64,000 nt of DNA from an uncultured Thermodesulfobacteriota bacterium (GCA_964566035.1 CAZMHH010000002.1:64013-128012); one strand, 5' to 3'; shown: positions 9,484-19,832, counted from the stretch's first letter. Numbers and translations: made by a program. Notes: generated by a model not told the origin, from the sequence alone.

Positions 9484-9969
9484 ATGGTTGGTGAATTTAC
9501 CTTGGGACTCGGTCTTGCAGCATTGGGAGCCGGTCTTGCAATGGGAGTCTCTGCGATAGGCTCTGGACTTGGTGTTGGTATTGCCGGAGCAGCAGGAGCG
9601 GGTGTTATTGCAGAAGACCCAAAAAAATTCGGTCCTGTGCTTATTCTGCAGGCATTTCCTCAAACTCAGGGCATCTATGGTTTTGTTACCGCTGTGCTTA
9701 TTCTCATGGGAGTTGGACTTCTTGGCGGAGAAATAAGACCAATATCCATGGAACTTGGTCTCATCTGTCTTGGGGCAGGTCTCTCCTCAGCACTTGGAGG
9801 ACTAACATCAATTGGTCAGGGTATGACAGCCGGAGCAGCAATGGGATCTGTTGCAAAAAAACCTGAGACTCTTGGGCAGAATATGGTTCTGTCGGTTATG
9901 TCGGAAACATTTGCAGTGTTTGCGCTTCTTATCGCGATACTTATTCTTGTCGGCGCTAAGGTAATGTAG
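9484..9969 (+). CDS. atpK: A/V-type ATP synthase proteolipid subunit K (duplicated 2-hairpin c-subunit)
   Basis: 161 aa. Four Gly/Ala-rich helices (GxGxGxG packing). The carboxylate (ETFAVFALL) sits only in helix 4; helix 2 has Q at the equivalent site (PQTQGIYG). Strong RBS AAAGGAGG upstream. Confidence 0.85.
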   Translation: MVGEFTLGLGLAALGAGLAMGVSAIGSGLGVGIAGAAGAGVIAEDPKKFGPVLILQAFPQTQGIYGFVTAVLILMGVGLLGGEIRPISMELGLICLGAGLSSALGGLTSIGQGMTAGAAMGSVAKKPETLGQNMVLSVMSETFAVFALLIAILILVGAKVM

Positions 9970-10166
9970 GTCAGCAATTTAGATTGTAGTTTTTAGCTGG
10001 TAGCATGGCCTGTGCAGGCAGCAGTCGGGAATCAGCCTTCAGGGTCCAGAAAAACGAGCTGTTGAACTAAACTCGGGTATCAGCAAAACCTTTTTATGGT
10101 CGAAACCATAAATCTTCAATTTAAATTTATTTTATCAATTCATACTGTTTATGAAAGGACGGGCTA

Positions 10167-10826
10167 ATGTCAACAGATGGCGTCCAAAACATTATTAAGG
10201 AAATAGAGAAAACATCCGATTCAAGGGTATCTGAGCTGCTTTCAGATGCAAAAGCAAAGGCTGATGAAATAATACGCCTTGCAGGGCAGGATGCAACGGA
10301 GAAATCCGGGCAGGTTTTAATGAAAGCAGAACAGGAAGCAAAACGCAATACCCAGAGAATACTTGCAGAGGCAAGAATAAAAGCCAGACGGGACGAAATA
10401 GCTGTCCGTGAAGAACTTGTAAACAAAACCTTTGAAAAAGCCGCTGAATCTCTGCAGACAATAACAGCAGGGGAAAACCAGGGAAAAATATCCTATAAAG
10501 ATGTTCTTATAAGCCTTATTAAAGAGGCTGCCATATCTTCAGGTGCTGACAGGCTGGAAGTTTTTGCAAGAAAAGCAGACAACAATATACTGACCCCCGA
10601 GCTTTTTGACAATATTGCCAAAGATGTTCATAGAGAAACTAAAGTAAAACCTTCTCTTCAATTATCTGAAGAATCAATTACAGTAAACGGGGGAGCAGTT
10701 GTGCGCAGTGTTGACGGCAAGGTGCGGGTGGACAACACATTTGAAGCACGACTTGAAAGATTCAAGGAGACAATTAGAACCGAAGTGGCAATGGAACTGT
10801 TTGGCGGGGATATAAAAGATGAATGA
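10167..10826 (+). CDS. atpE: A/V-type ATP synthase subunit E
   Basis: 219 aa. Charged coiled-coil N-terminus with a globular C-terminus, in the pattern expected of subunit E, supported by operon position. Confidence 0.75.
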   Translation: MSTDGVQNIIKEIEKTSDSRVSELLSDAKAKADEIIRLAGQDATEKSGQVLMKAEQEAKRNTQRILAEARIKARRDEIAVREELVNKTFEKAAESLQTITAGENQGKISYKDVLISLIKEAAISSGADRLEVFARKADNNILTPELFDNIAKDVHRETKVKPSLQLSEESITVNGGAVVRSVDGKVRVDNTFEARLERFKETIRTEVAMELFGGDIKDE

Positions 10827-11940
10827 TGGCTTTCTGCTGCTTGTTCTGCTGCTTGCAATAGGGTTTCTGCTTCCGCTGCTTATATTTCTTGTGCGAAATT
10901 TGAGAAACATATTGCCCTATCTCTATATGACCGCACGTATCAGGGCAAAAGAAGCACGTCTTATAAAACAGGAAACCATGGATGATATGATAAACTCAGG
11001 ATCGATTGCAGAAATAGCATCTATACTTGAAAACTCAGAATATGCTTTTGCCATGCAGGGACTTGTTCTTGACAGTTCAGAATCAATTGAAGAGCTTCTT
11101 ACCCGTCAGACAGCGGATATTTACTCAGAGGTTGTAAGAATGATGCCTAACAAGGCAAAAAATGTTTTTATGTTTCTGCATCTCCAGTGGGATGTAAAAA
11201 ACCTGAAAACCATTCTAAGAGGAGTAAGAAAATCTCTTCCTTCAGACAGAATTATTTCAAAAATTATCCCTTTTGGCGAACTGGACACTGAACTTTTAAG
11301 GAAAATGGCCGAGGCGACTTCTGTGGAAGATATGCTTCCTCTGTTTGAAAATACAAGGTATGAAGCTTTAAGTCTTATGTTGGGAGCCTATGAGCAGGAC
11401 AGAAACCTTGTTGTTCTTGAGGCCTTGCTTGACAAGATTCATCTTGAAGAGATGTGGAAGACGGTCATATCTGACAGGGAACTCTTAGACCTTAAACCAA
11501 CATTTTCAGCCCGCATTGATGCTCTTAACCTGAAGCTTATTTTCAGGGCGAAAAGAGATCATCTGCTTTTCAGCGATATTGAAAAATATCTTATTTCAGG
11601 AGGTGATCTGCCTGATGGAGTTAAAACCGGTTTTGGGGAGCTGGATGAAATATCTGAGCTGGTTTCAGAGCTTGAAGAAACGGTTTTCTATAAACCTCTT
11701 ATGGATAGTCTGCAGGAATATCAGCAGACGGGCAGGCTTATTGTTCTTGAAAAAGCAATTGACGAGACAGCTCTTCTAATTGGAAAGGAAACAGCTGTAA
11801 AGATTCCTTACGGAATTGCCCCCCTTCTTGGTTTTCTCTCCATGAAGGAGACAGAGGTAAGAAATATAAGGGCAATTTCCCGCTCAAAAGAGTCGGGTCT
11901 GCTGCCGGAAAACATAAAGCAGCTTGTTTTAAGGGTATAA
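10819..11940 (+). CDS. atpC: A/V-type ATP synthase subunit C (V-type 'd')
   Basis: 373 aa. The conserved N-terminal region (YLYMTARIRAKEARL) begins at the internal Met at 10927. The ORF from 10819 overlaps the atpE stop and adds a 36-aa hydrophobic extension, so the true start may be 10927. Confidence 0.75.
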   Translation: MNDGFLLLVLLLAIGFLLPLLIFLVRNLRNILPYLYMTARIRAKEARLIKQETMDDMINSGSIAEIASILENSEYAFAMQGLVLDSSESIEELLTRQTADIYSEVVRMMPNKAKNVFMFLHLQWDVKNLKTILRGVRKSLPSDRIISKIIPFGELDTELLRKMAEATSVEDMLPLFENTRYEALSLMLGAYEQDRNLVVLEALLDKIHLEEMWKTVISDRELLDLKPTFSARIDALNLKLIFRAKRDHLLFSDIEKYLISGGDLPDGVKTGFGELDEISELVSELEETVFYKPLMDSLQEYQQTGRLIVLEKAIDETALLIGKETAVKIPYGIAPLLGFLSMKETEVRNIRAISRSKESGLLPENIKQLVLRV

Positions 11941-11942
11941 AA

Positions 11943-12254
11943 ATGAATATAGTTTTTATAGGTGATAAGGATACGGGCACAGGCTTCAGGCTTGCTGGCT
12001 TGAAAAATGTGTTTACAGCTCAATACGGTCAGGAGAATCTGAAGGCTCTTCTTTCTGATGATTCAACAGGAATTATAATTGTAACAGAGAGGTTTGCAGA
12101 AAGTAACAGGGCTGTTATAAATGATCATAAAGCATCTAAAAGGCAGATCCCTCTGATTGTGGAAATACCCGATATAAAAGGTCAAATGGAGAACCGTAGA
12201 GACTTTATAAGCGAACTTATAAAGAGAGCTGTTGGAACTGATATATCAACTTAA
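11943..12254 (+). CDS. atpF: A/V-type ATP synthase subunit F
   Basis: 103 aa. MNIVFIGDKDTGTGFRLAGL... is the classic subunit F start (I.V.GD.D...GFRLAG). Confidence 0.85.
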   Translation: MNIVFIGDKDTGTGFRLAGLKNVFTAQYGQENLKALLSDDSTGIIIVTERFAESNRAVINDHKASKRQIPLIVEIPDIKGQMENRRDFISELIKRAVGTDIST

Positions 12255-12480
12255 GAGATGTTGAACTGATAAGCTGTTATGCAAAACCTTAAGACCAGGA
12301 TAGAAATTTTTTGCTTGTAACAAAATTCTTTTCGTGGTTGTTTTCATAATCGACAATTTGAGCCTGAAAAAGCAGCAAACAGAACTCAGGAAAAGAAAAC
12401 AGCTGTTAACTTGGAAGAATTGAGCGGGTTTAAGCAATAAACCAATGATAATCAAATTTAATCTTTTTAAGGAGGGATAA

Positions 12481-14253
12481 GTGTTGCCCGAATACAAAGA
12501 AGGTAGGATAAAAAGTATAGCAGGTCCTCTTGTCATAGCAAAAGAGATGAAGGGCTGTCAGATGTATGAGGTTGTCAGGGTCGGTGAGGAAGGTCTGATG
12601 GGTGAAACCATAAGACTTGACGGTGATGAGGCATATATACAGGTATATGAGGACACTTCAGGTCTAAAACCCGGAGAAAAGGTTGCACGAACAGGCGAAC
12701 CTTTGTCGGTTGAGCTGGGTCCTGGCATTATAAAAAATTTCTATGACGGTATTCAAAGACCCCTTCTTCTGATCAAAGAGAAGGCAGGAGACTATATAAA
12801 AAGAGGTATTTATGTACCCGGTCTTGATCCGGATACCCAATGGGAGTTTACCCCTTCTGTTGAAAAAGGCGTTGAGCTTGAAGAAGGAGATATAATCGGT
12901 TCTGTGCCTGAGTCAAAGGTAATATCCCATAAGATAATGATCCCACCCGGAAAATCAGGAAAACTGGTTGAAATAAAATCAGGCTCTTTTACTGTAAATG
13001 ATGAAATTGCAGTTATAGAAAAAGACGGTGAAAGATTTTCCATTATAATGAAACAGAATTGGCCTGTCCGTAAAGACAGACCATTCAAGAAAAAGGTTGA
13101 CCCTAATGTACCGCTTCTTACAGGACAGAGGATTTATGACACATTTTTTCCTATAGCAAAAGGAGGTACTGCTGCAATACCAGGAGGGTTTGGCACAGGT
13201 AAAACCGTAAGTCAGCACCAGGTTGCAAGATGGGCTGACTCCCAGGTAGTTGTATACGTAGGATGCGGAGAACGCGGAAATGAGATGACAGAGGTTCTGG
13301 ATACTTTTCCTGAAATTGACGACCCTAAGACAGGGTATAAACTTATGGAAAGGTCAACCCTTATTGCCAACACTTCAAATATGCCAGTTGCAGCGCGTGA
13401 AGCATCCATCTACACAGGTGTTACAATTGCTGAATATTACAGGGATATGGGCTATGATGTTGCCATAATGGCAGATTCAACTTCACGCTGGGCTGAAGCT
13501 CTGAGAGAAATCTCCGGAAGACTTGAAGAGATGCCCGGAGAAGAGGGTTATCCTGCATATCTTGCAACAAGAGTGGCAAGTTTTTATGAGAGAGCAGGAA
13601 GGGTTATAACCATGGGTGCAGAAGAAAGATTTGGTTCGGTCTCAATTATTGGTGCTGTTTCCCCCCCCGGTGGAGATCTTTCAGAGCCTGTCTCGCAGAA
13701 CACACTCAGGGTTGTCAGTTCCTTTTGGGCTCTTGACTCTACCCTTGCAGACAGACGCCATTTTCCTGCAATAAACTGGTTAAGGAGTTACTCTCTCTAT
13801 CTGGACTTTACAAAGAGCTGGTATGATGATCATATATCCTCCAGGTTCAGGCAGCTTAGAAACAGGGCAATGGTTGTGCTTCAGGAAGAGTCTGAGCTTT
13901 CCGAAATTGTTCAGCTCATAGGACCCGATGCACTTCCTGAGCGAGAAAGACTCACTCTTGAAATAGCGCGAATGATAAGGGAAGACTTTCTGCAGCAGCA
14001 TGCTTTTCACAATGTTGATACGTTCTGTCCACTTGAAAAACAGAACCTTATGCTTGATACAATAATGCTTTTCTACGATCTGGCAGTTAATGCCCTTGAA
14101 AAGGGAACAGGAATTGAGGCGATAACCAAAGTTCCTGTTGTTGATGAAATAGCCAGAATGAAATATATAGAAAACCAGGATTTTGCAACACAGCAGGAGA
14201 AGCTTGTGGAAAGGCTCAGAGAACAATTCAATTCATTAGGAGAGTCAAAATGA
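12481..14253 (+). CDS. atpA: A/V-type ATP synthase catalytic subunit A
   Basis: 590 aa. Walker A GGFGTGKT. Carries the non-homologous insertion typical of A-subunits. GTG start preceded by AAGGAGGG. Confidence 0.95.
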   Translation: MLPEYKEGRIKSIAGPLVIAKEMKGCQMYEVVRVGEEGLMGETIRLDGDEAYIQVYEDTSGLKPGEKVARTGEPLSVELGPGIIKNFYDGIQRPLLLIKEKAGDYIKRGIYVPGLDPDTQWEFTPSVEKGVELEEGDIIGSVPESKVISHKIMIPPGKSGKLVEIKSGSFTVNDEIAVIEKDGERFSIIMKQNWPVRKDRPFKKKVDPNVPLLTGQRIYDTFFPIAKGGTAAIPGGFGTGKTVSQHQVARWADSQVVVYVGCGERGNEMTEVLDTFPEIDDPKTGYKLMERSTLIANTSNMPVAAREASIYTGVTIAEYYRDMGYDVAIMADSTSRWAEALREISGRLEEMPGEEGYPAYLATRVASFYERAGRVITMGAEERFGSVSIIGAVSPPGGDLSEPVSQNTLRVVSSFWALDSTLADRRHFPAINWLRSYSLYLDFTKSWYDDHISSRFRQLRNRAMVVLQEESELSEIVQLIGPDALPERERLTLEIARMIREDFLQQHAFHNVDTFCPLEKQNLMLDTIMLFYDLAVNALEKGTGIEAITKVPVVDEIARMKYIENQDFATQQEKLVERLREQFNSLGESK

Positions 14254-15647
14254 AAGCTGATATAAAAACCAGAGAATACAGAACAGTAAAAGAGGTAGCC
14301 GGTCCACTGATGGTTGTTGAAGGTGTTGATGGGGTTGCTTATGGAGAGGTTGTTCGGATACGAACCGGCACAGGAGAGGAACGCACAGGACAGGTTCTTG
14401 AGTCAAGGGAAGGGCTTTCCATTGTTCAGGTATTTGAAGGAACCTCAGGTATAGACACACTTGATACAACTGTCCGGTTTACCGGCGATACCATGAAACT
14501 TGCAGTTTCAAAAGAGATGGTTGGCAGGTTTTTTGACGGACTTGGAAGACCTATTGACGAAGGACCAGAAATAATATCAGATATTCGCCTCGATATTAAC
14601 GGAGCTCCGATAAACCCTACTGCACGTGAATTTCCAAACGAATTTATCCAGACAGGCATTTCAACAATCGATGGCATGAACACCCTTGTCCGTGGTCAGA
14701 AACTGCCTATATTTTCAGGTTCAGGTATGACACACAATGAACTGGCAGCCCAGATTGCGAGACAGGCGCGAGTATTGAGCTCTGATGAACCTTTCTCTGT
14801 AGTGTTTGCTGCAATGGGAATAACAAGTGAGGAAGCAAACTTTTTTATGCGTGATTTTGAAAGAACAGGGGCAATGGAACAGATTGTAGCTTTCATAAAT
14901 CTCGCAGATGACCCTGCAATAGAGCGCATCATAACCCCCAGAATGGCTCTTACAACTGCCGAGTTTCTTGCTTTTGAATGTGATATGCACGTTTTAGTTA
15001 TGCTCACTGACATGACCAACTACTGTGAAGCATTAAGAGAAATAGCGGCTGCAAGGGAAGAGGTTCCAGGAAGAAGAGGATATCCGGGTTATATGTACAC
15101 AGACCTTGCAACAGCTTATGAAAGAGCAGGCAGAATCAGAGGCAGAAAAGGATCCATTACACAGATGCCTATACTTTCAATGCCTGATGATGATATAACT
15201 CACCCTATACCAGACCTTACTGGTTATATTACAGAAGGTCAGTTTGTTCTCACGCGAGATCTTCACAGAAGAGGGGTATATCCGCCGGTTGATGTTCTTC
15301 CGAGTCTTTCCCGTCTTATGAATCAGGGAATAGGCGAGGGCAAGACAAGGGAGGATCACCTGGGTGTTTCAGATCAGTGCTACGCGGCTTACGCTGAAGG
15401 AAGGGATGTCAGGAATCTGGTGGCAGTTGTAGGTGAAGAGGCTCTTACCGAGCGAGATCGAAAGTACCTGGAATTTGCCGATGCTTTTGAGAGAGAGTTT
15501 GTTACACAGCAAAGAGATGACAACAGAACCATACAGGAAACACTGGAACTTGGCTGGGATCTTCTCAGTGTTCTTCCGGAATCAGAGCTTAAGAGAATTG
15601 ACCAGAAACAGATAGAAAAATATCATCCAAAACACAGAAAACAATAA
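14250..15647 (+). CDS. atpB: A/V-type ATP synthase regulatory subunit B
   Basis: 465 aa. B-subunit fold without a canonical P-loop ([18 protein letters not shown]). Overlaps the atpA stop (ATGA). Confidence 0.95.
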   Translation: MKADIKTREYRTVKEVAGPLMVVEGVDGVAYGEVVRIRTGTGEERTGQVLESREGLSIVQVFEGTSGIDTLDTTVRFTGDTMKLAVSKEMVGRFFDGLGRPIDEGPEIISDIRLDINGAPINPTAREFPNEFIQTGISTIDGMNTLVRGQKLPIFSGSGMTHNELAAQIARQARVLSSDEPFSVVFAAMGITSEEANFFMRDFERTGAMEQIVAFINLADDPAIERIITPRMALTTAEFLAFECDMHVLVMLTDMTNYCEALREIAAAREEVPGRRGYPGYMYTDLATAYERAGRIRGRKGSITQMPILSMPDDDITHPIPDLTGYITEGQFVLTRDLHRRGVYPPVDVLPSLSRLMNQGIGEGKTREDHLGVSDQCYAAYAEGRDVRNLVAVVGEEALTERDRKYLEFADAFEREFVTQQRDDNRTIQETLELGWDLLSVLPESELKRIDQKQIEKYHPKHRKQ

Positions 15648-15668
15648 AGATTCGGAGAATTAATTTAA

Positions 15669-16328
15669 ATGGCTGATACCATAGAAGGAATAAAGCCTAC
15701 CAGAATGGAGCTTCTGAACCTGCGCAAAAGGGTCTTTCTTGCTCAGCGCGGGCATAAACTTTTAAAGGAGAAACGGGATGCTTTAATATCCGAATTTCTT
15801 GCAATTGCGGGGACAGTTCGCAGCATGAGAAAAGAATCAGAAGAGCAGCTTGCAAAAGCATACAAGGATGTACTTACAGCCGAAGCTGTTATGGGAGCAA
15901 ACCTTGTAAAAGAGATTTCCTGGAATACGGAGCAGGATATAAATGTAAAAATGAGCTCTCGCAATATTATGGGGGTCTCTGTTCCGATCATTGACATGGG
16001 AAACATTGAAAGAAATGTTGTTAGAAGGGGATATGGATTTGCAGATACATCCTGTGCACTTGATGATGCATGCAAAAGCATGGAGAGGGTTCTCTCCTCT
16101 ATTATAAAACTGGCAGAAATTGAGGAAACGGTCAGAAAACTCGGTCTAGAGGTTGAAAAGACTAAACGCAGAGTTAATGCCCTTGAATATATTGTATTGC
16201 CAAAACTGAAAGCCACGCTAAAATATATAAGAATGAGGCTTGACGAGATAGAAAGAGAGAGCTTTATAAGGCTTAAAAAAATTAAAGCGGTTCTTGATTC
16301 AAAGGCAAAACAGGTTGAAGTGCAATGA
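15669..16328 (+). CDS. atpD: A/V-type ATP synthase subunit D (central stalk)
   Basis: 219 aa. Begins ...IKPTRMELLNLRKRVFLAQRGHKLLKEKRDAL, the hallmark N-terminus of subunit D. Confidence 0.9.
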   Translation: MADTIEGIKPTRMELLNLRKRVFLAQRGHKLLKEKRDALISEFLAIAGTVRSMRKESEEQLAKAYKDVLTAEAVMGANLVKEISWNTEQDINVKMSSRNIMGVSVPIIDMGNIERNVVRRGYGFADTSCALDDACKSMERVLSSIIKLAEIEETVRKLGLEVEKTKRRVNALEYIVLPKLKATLKYIRMRLDEIERESFIRLKKIKAVLDSKAKQVEVQ

Positions 16329-16498
16329 CAATAAAAAAAACTCTGCTTCAGCAGTATTATGCTGAAAAAGAGCAGGATAAAGACAAAAACAATTTCAGGC
16401 TCTTTCTGTTGAGCCAGGTTGTTCAGTTGGCAGGGCTCCTTATTCTTCTTCTGGGAGGGATCTTCCTTATATTTTTTGGGTTAAAACTTGTTTTTTGA
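16325..16498 (+). CDS. Small hydrophobic protein (57 aa) translationally coupled to atpD; function unknown
   Basis: Its ATG overlaps the atpD TGA (ATGA). Sequence MTIKKTLLQQYYAEKEQDKDKNNFRLFLLSQVVQLAGLLILLLGGIFLIFFGLKLVF has a single C-terminal transmembrane helix. It is below the ORF-track size cutoff and was found by reading the sequence. Confidence 0.4.
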   Translation: MTIKKTLLQQYYAEKEQDKDKNNFRLFLLSQVVQLAGLLILLLGGIFLIFFGLKLVF

Positions 16499-16581
16499 CA
16501 CAAGCAGCTAAGGTGTATTATTTCAGATACTATAATTGGGCAAGTACAAAAACTTTATTAAAAAAAGGAGGGGGGGGTAAC

Positions 16582-17028
16582 ATGTCACTTCCAATATCCC
16601 ATATAATGAAGACACATATTGTAATATGTGAAGAGAAATCAACATTGAGAAAAGTTGCAGAAACCATGCTCAAAGAAAATACAGGTTCTGTTCTGGTACA
16701 GCATGGAGAAGAGACAGTTGGAATGATAACAGTAAATGATATCTTAAGAGCAGTACTTGCCGGAAAGGATTTTGATATTGTATCAGCAGAAGAAATTATG
16801 TCCCGTCCCCTTGATACAATAGACATAGACAGGGATATTGAACAGGCTATGAAAAAATTTGAAGAAACAGGCAGAACAAGGCTTGTTGTTATGGAAGGCT
16901 CCAGGGTTGCTGGCATTGTAAAGAGAAAAATCGCCGAACGGTTTAAGGGGGTTTCATCACTTCTGCATTTTTCCGATAAAACGCGCTCACTTCATTTCAG
17001 AAGAGGTTCAGGCAGTACTCTCAGCTAA
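16582..17028 (+). CDS. CBS-domain pair protein
   Basis: Start chosen at the ATG at 16582, directly after a strong RBS (AAAAAAGGAGGGGGGGG), rather than the track start at 16495. Tandem CBS motifs (GSVLV..GEETVGMITVNDIL; GRTRLVVMEGSRVAGIV). Confidence 0.7.
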   Translation: MSLPISHIMKTHIVICEEKSTLRKVAETMLKENTGSVLVQHGEETVGMITVNDILRAVLAGKDFDIVSAEEIMSRPLDTIDIDRDIEQAMKKFEETGRTRLVVMEGSRVAGIVKRKIAERFKGVSSLLHFSDKTRSLHFRRGSGSTLS

Positions 17029-17057
17029 ATGGCTGTAATATTGTTAGAAGATCGGCA

Positions 17058-17828
17058 ATGATTATTTTAAAAAACAGAAATGAACTTGATGCTATCTACA
17101 GAGCAAATCAAATCGTAGCGGAAACCCTTCAAATACTTTCAGAAAAAATAACCTCTGATATACCAACCGAAGATATTGACAGAATTGCAGAAGAGTTTAT
17201 CCGCAAAAAAGGAGGGTTTCCAGCCTTTAAAGGATACAGAGGTTTTCCCTCTAGCATCTGTATATCCATAAACGAAGAGATTGTTCACGGCATTCCGGGC
17301 AAGCGGAGAATAAAAACAGGGGATATAGTCAGCATTGATATAGGATGTTTTATAAACGGTTTTTATGGTGATTCTGCAATAACTGTGGGAGTTGGCAGAA
17401 TAAGCGAAAAAGCAGAAAAATTAATTGCAACAACAAGACACTCTCTTGATCTTGGAATAGAGAAAGCGCAGACAGGCAACAGGCTGTCAGACATTTCAAA
17501 AGCAATTCAGAACTGTGTAGAGTCAAACGGGTTCAGTGTTGTCAGAGATTTTGTCGGACACGGTATAGGTAAAAGTCTTCACGAGGATCCTCAGATACCA
17601 AATTTTTATTCGCCTGGCAACTTTAATCCCAGGCTTAAACAGGGCATGGTGTTTGCCCTTGAACCAATGGTAAATGAGGGAACCTATGATACCGCAGTTT
17701 TAAAAGATGGCTGGACAGCGGTGACAAGGGACCGAAAACTGTCTGCCCACTTCGAGCATTCAATAGCTGTAACAACCAATGGTCCTTGGATTCTAAGCAG
17801 TTTAAACTCAAAAAAGAGAAATATTTAA
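17058..17828 (+). CDS. map: Methionine aminopeptidase, type I
   Basis: 256 aa. The pita-bread metal ligands are in the expected pattern (D..D...H...E..E), with ...GHGIG...FALEPM. Confidence 0.9.
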   Translation: MIILKNRNELDAIYRANQIVAETLQILSEKITSDIPTEDIDRIAEEFIRKKGGFPAFKGYRGFPSSICISINEEIVHGIPGKRRIKTGDIVSIDIGCFINGFYGDSAITVGVGRISEKAEKLIATTRHSLDLGIEKAQTGNRLSDISKAIQNCVESNGFSVVRDFVGHGIGKSLHEDPQIPNFYSPGNFNPRLKQGMVFALEPMVNEGTYDTAVLKDGWTAVTRDRKLSAHFEHSIAVTTNGPWILSSLNSKKRNI

Positions 17829-18304
17829 TGGAACTTCTGACCTATCCTAATTCCCTGCTTCGAGGCAAGTCTGAGAAAATAGAAAATATTACAGACGATA
17901 TTATCACCACAGCTCAGATTATGGCTGAGATTATGTATGATAAAAAGGGGGTGGGTCTTGCAGCGCCTCAAATAGGGTTTTTGAAACAGCTAATCGTTTT
18001 TGATCAGGGAGAAGGGATTGTTACTCTTGCAAACCCAGAAATAACAGAGAGTTATGGTAGCGATTGCATGGAAGAGGGCTGCCTCTGTCTGCCGGGAATA
18101 ACTGCTGATATTGAAAGATATGAAAAAGTAAATGTCGAAGCAGTAGATCTGAATGGAAAACCGGTCTCTTTTGAGGCTGAAGGATATTTAGCCAGAATAT
18201 TTCAGCACGAGATAGATCATTTAAACGGTATTATTATAATCGACCATCTTTCAAAGGTCAAAAGAGATCTTGTGCTGAAAAAATACGGTAAACAGCAGAA
18301 GTAA
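17828..18304 (+). CDS. def: Peptide deformylase
   Basis: Start set at the ATG at 17828, which overlaps the map stop (TAATG) and gives the typical N-terminus MELLTYPNSLL. Motifs GVGLAAPQIG, EGCLCLPG and QHEIDHLNG are the three PDF signature motifs. Confidence 0.9.
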   Translation: MELLTYPNSLLRGKSEKIENITDDIITTAQIMAEIMYDKKGVGLAAPQIGFLKQLIVFDQGEGIVTLANPEITESYGSDCMEEGCLCLPGITADIERYEKVNVEAVDLNGKPVSFEAEGYLARIFQHEIDHLNGIIIIDHLSKVKRDLVLKKYGKQQK

Positions 18305-18379
18305 GGGGTCGGCTGCAAGTAACAAGGAAATCTAAACAAAATATTTTGATTACATCTGTTTTTATTGTGTTTTTAACTT

Positions 18380-19186
18380 CTATCTTCCTTCCCAAAGCTC
18401 AAGCCTGCTTCGGATAAAGTCTATTACCCTTTCGTGCTCCTGTTTTCCTGAACCGGTTACGGAAAACGGTTCTCCAAATTCAAAAAAGATAGTCTTTGTC
18501 GGATCAAGATGTCCGAAATCCCTTAAAATCAACCCAGAACCCCAGAAATCCGTCTTAAGAGCAACAGGTATGACAGGCACCTGTGCTTTTTTTGCGAGCT
18601 TTATTCCGAGAGAATTGAAGGACTTTTCATCAACTGTTTTGTAGCGTGTCGCCTGAGGAAAAACAATGACAGAAAAACCTTTGTTTAAAACCTCACTCCC
18701 TTTTGTTATAACGGTTTTAAAGTCATCTGATGGACTCTTTCTTGTCACAGCAATACAATCCTTTAAAAACTCCTTAAAAAAAGGAATTTTTGTAAGGCTT
18801 TGTTTCAAAATAAAAACTGTTTTTTTACGGGGATATGTCAATGCCGGAAATATAAAGGTTTCCATTGTGCTCATATGGTTTGCAATAAATACAACCGGGC
18901 CTTTTACTTTGGAAATATTTGCAAGCCCTTTTATGTCAAACCTGCCTCCGCATTTTTCAAGAACCTTAATAATCTCCCATGCTGCATTATGCCATGTTTC
19001 CTGGCTAAATCCTCTCTTTTTTGCAACTGCCCAGTTGGAGAACATTATTTGCAGAAACCGGGAAACATAATAAAATCTGCTTCGGAGTAAAAAAGCGTAA
19101 ATTCCATTCGGGCTTTTGCCCTCGGTTTTGTAAGAAGCGCTGTTGTTTTCAAGATAAGGCATTTTTTGCTCCGGGCTGCTTTCCAA
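18380..19186 (-). CDS. Lysophospholipid / 1-acyl-sn-glycerol-3-phosphate acyltransferase family protein (PlsC-like)
   Basis: The acyltransferase H-x4-D-like block (FIANHMSTMETF) and a downstream FPQATR block. The true start is probably an internal Met (for example near 19045), because the track ORF overlaps the upstream gene by 38 nt. Confidence 0.55.
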   Translation of the reverse strand: MESSPEQKMPYLENNSASYKTEGKSPNGIYAFLLRSRFYYVSRFLQIMFSNWAVAKKRGFSQETWHNAAWEIIKVLEKCGGRFDIKGLANISKVKGPVVFIANHMSTMETFIFPALTYPRKKTVFILKQSLTKIPFFKEFLKDCIAVTRKSPSDDFKTVITKGSEVLNKGFSVIVFPQATRYKTVDEKSFNSLGIKLAKKAQVPVIPVALKTDFWGSGLILRDFGHLDPTKTIFFEFGEPFSVTGSGKQEHERVIDFIRSRLELWEGR

Positions 19187-19634
19187 TCATTGAGTGCATT
19201 GTTCTGCCAGCTGTTTCATGGGCTTTTATCTTAAATATTTTCAGGGCATCCGGGTTTTTGACAGCTTTTCTGTAATACTGCATTCTTTTTTCAAGATACT
19301 GTCCCGCATCTATACCTGTTTTAACAAGATTTGCCCTTACAACAGACTCAATGACTTTAATATCATTTATTATCTCAAGTTCTCCATCTATTAAGACAGA
19401 AGACCATTGACTGTGATCATCATTCCATAGAAACACGTTGAAACAGACTTTTTTATTTTTCTGATAATAATGCCACTTTCTGCCTCTTGGAAACATGGAC
19501 AGATAGACAATGCCGTCAATATAGACAAACCCGAAAGGGATGCAGTATGGAACACCACCATCTGCAAAAGCAAGAACACCGTCCTTTGCATTTTTAAGTA
19601 CTCTGTCTATCTCTTCTTTTCCTGTCTTTTTCAT
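19149..19634 (-). CDS. Pyridoxamine-5'-phosphate-oxidase-like FMN-binding split-barrel protein
   Basis: 161 aa. Pattern GVLAFADGGVPYCIPFGFVYIDGIVYL is typical of PNPOx-like/general-stress-26 family proteins. Weak assignment. Confidence 0.4.
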   Translation of the reverse strand: MKKTGKEEIDRVLKNAKDGVLAFADGGVPYCIPFGFVYIDGIVYLSMFPRGRKWHYYQKNKKVCFNVFLWNDDHSQWSSVLIDGELEIINDIKVIESVVRANLVKTGIDAGQYLEKRMQYYRKAVKNPDALKIFKIKAHETAGRTMHSMIGKQPGAKNALS

Positions 19635-19832
19635 GGTTACCCCTTTATGATAAATGAGTTATTTTTATAGAACCAGAATAGAGAATTATTATCAATAGTT
19701 CAAGAAGATTATCAACTTAAAAGTAGAACATCAGGTATTGATTTTTAAATTGACATAACTTTTACAATGTATAATTATATTAGATATAAAAAAATATTAT
19801 GGTTTTCAAATTGAAAACATGGTGGAATAGAT

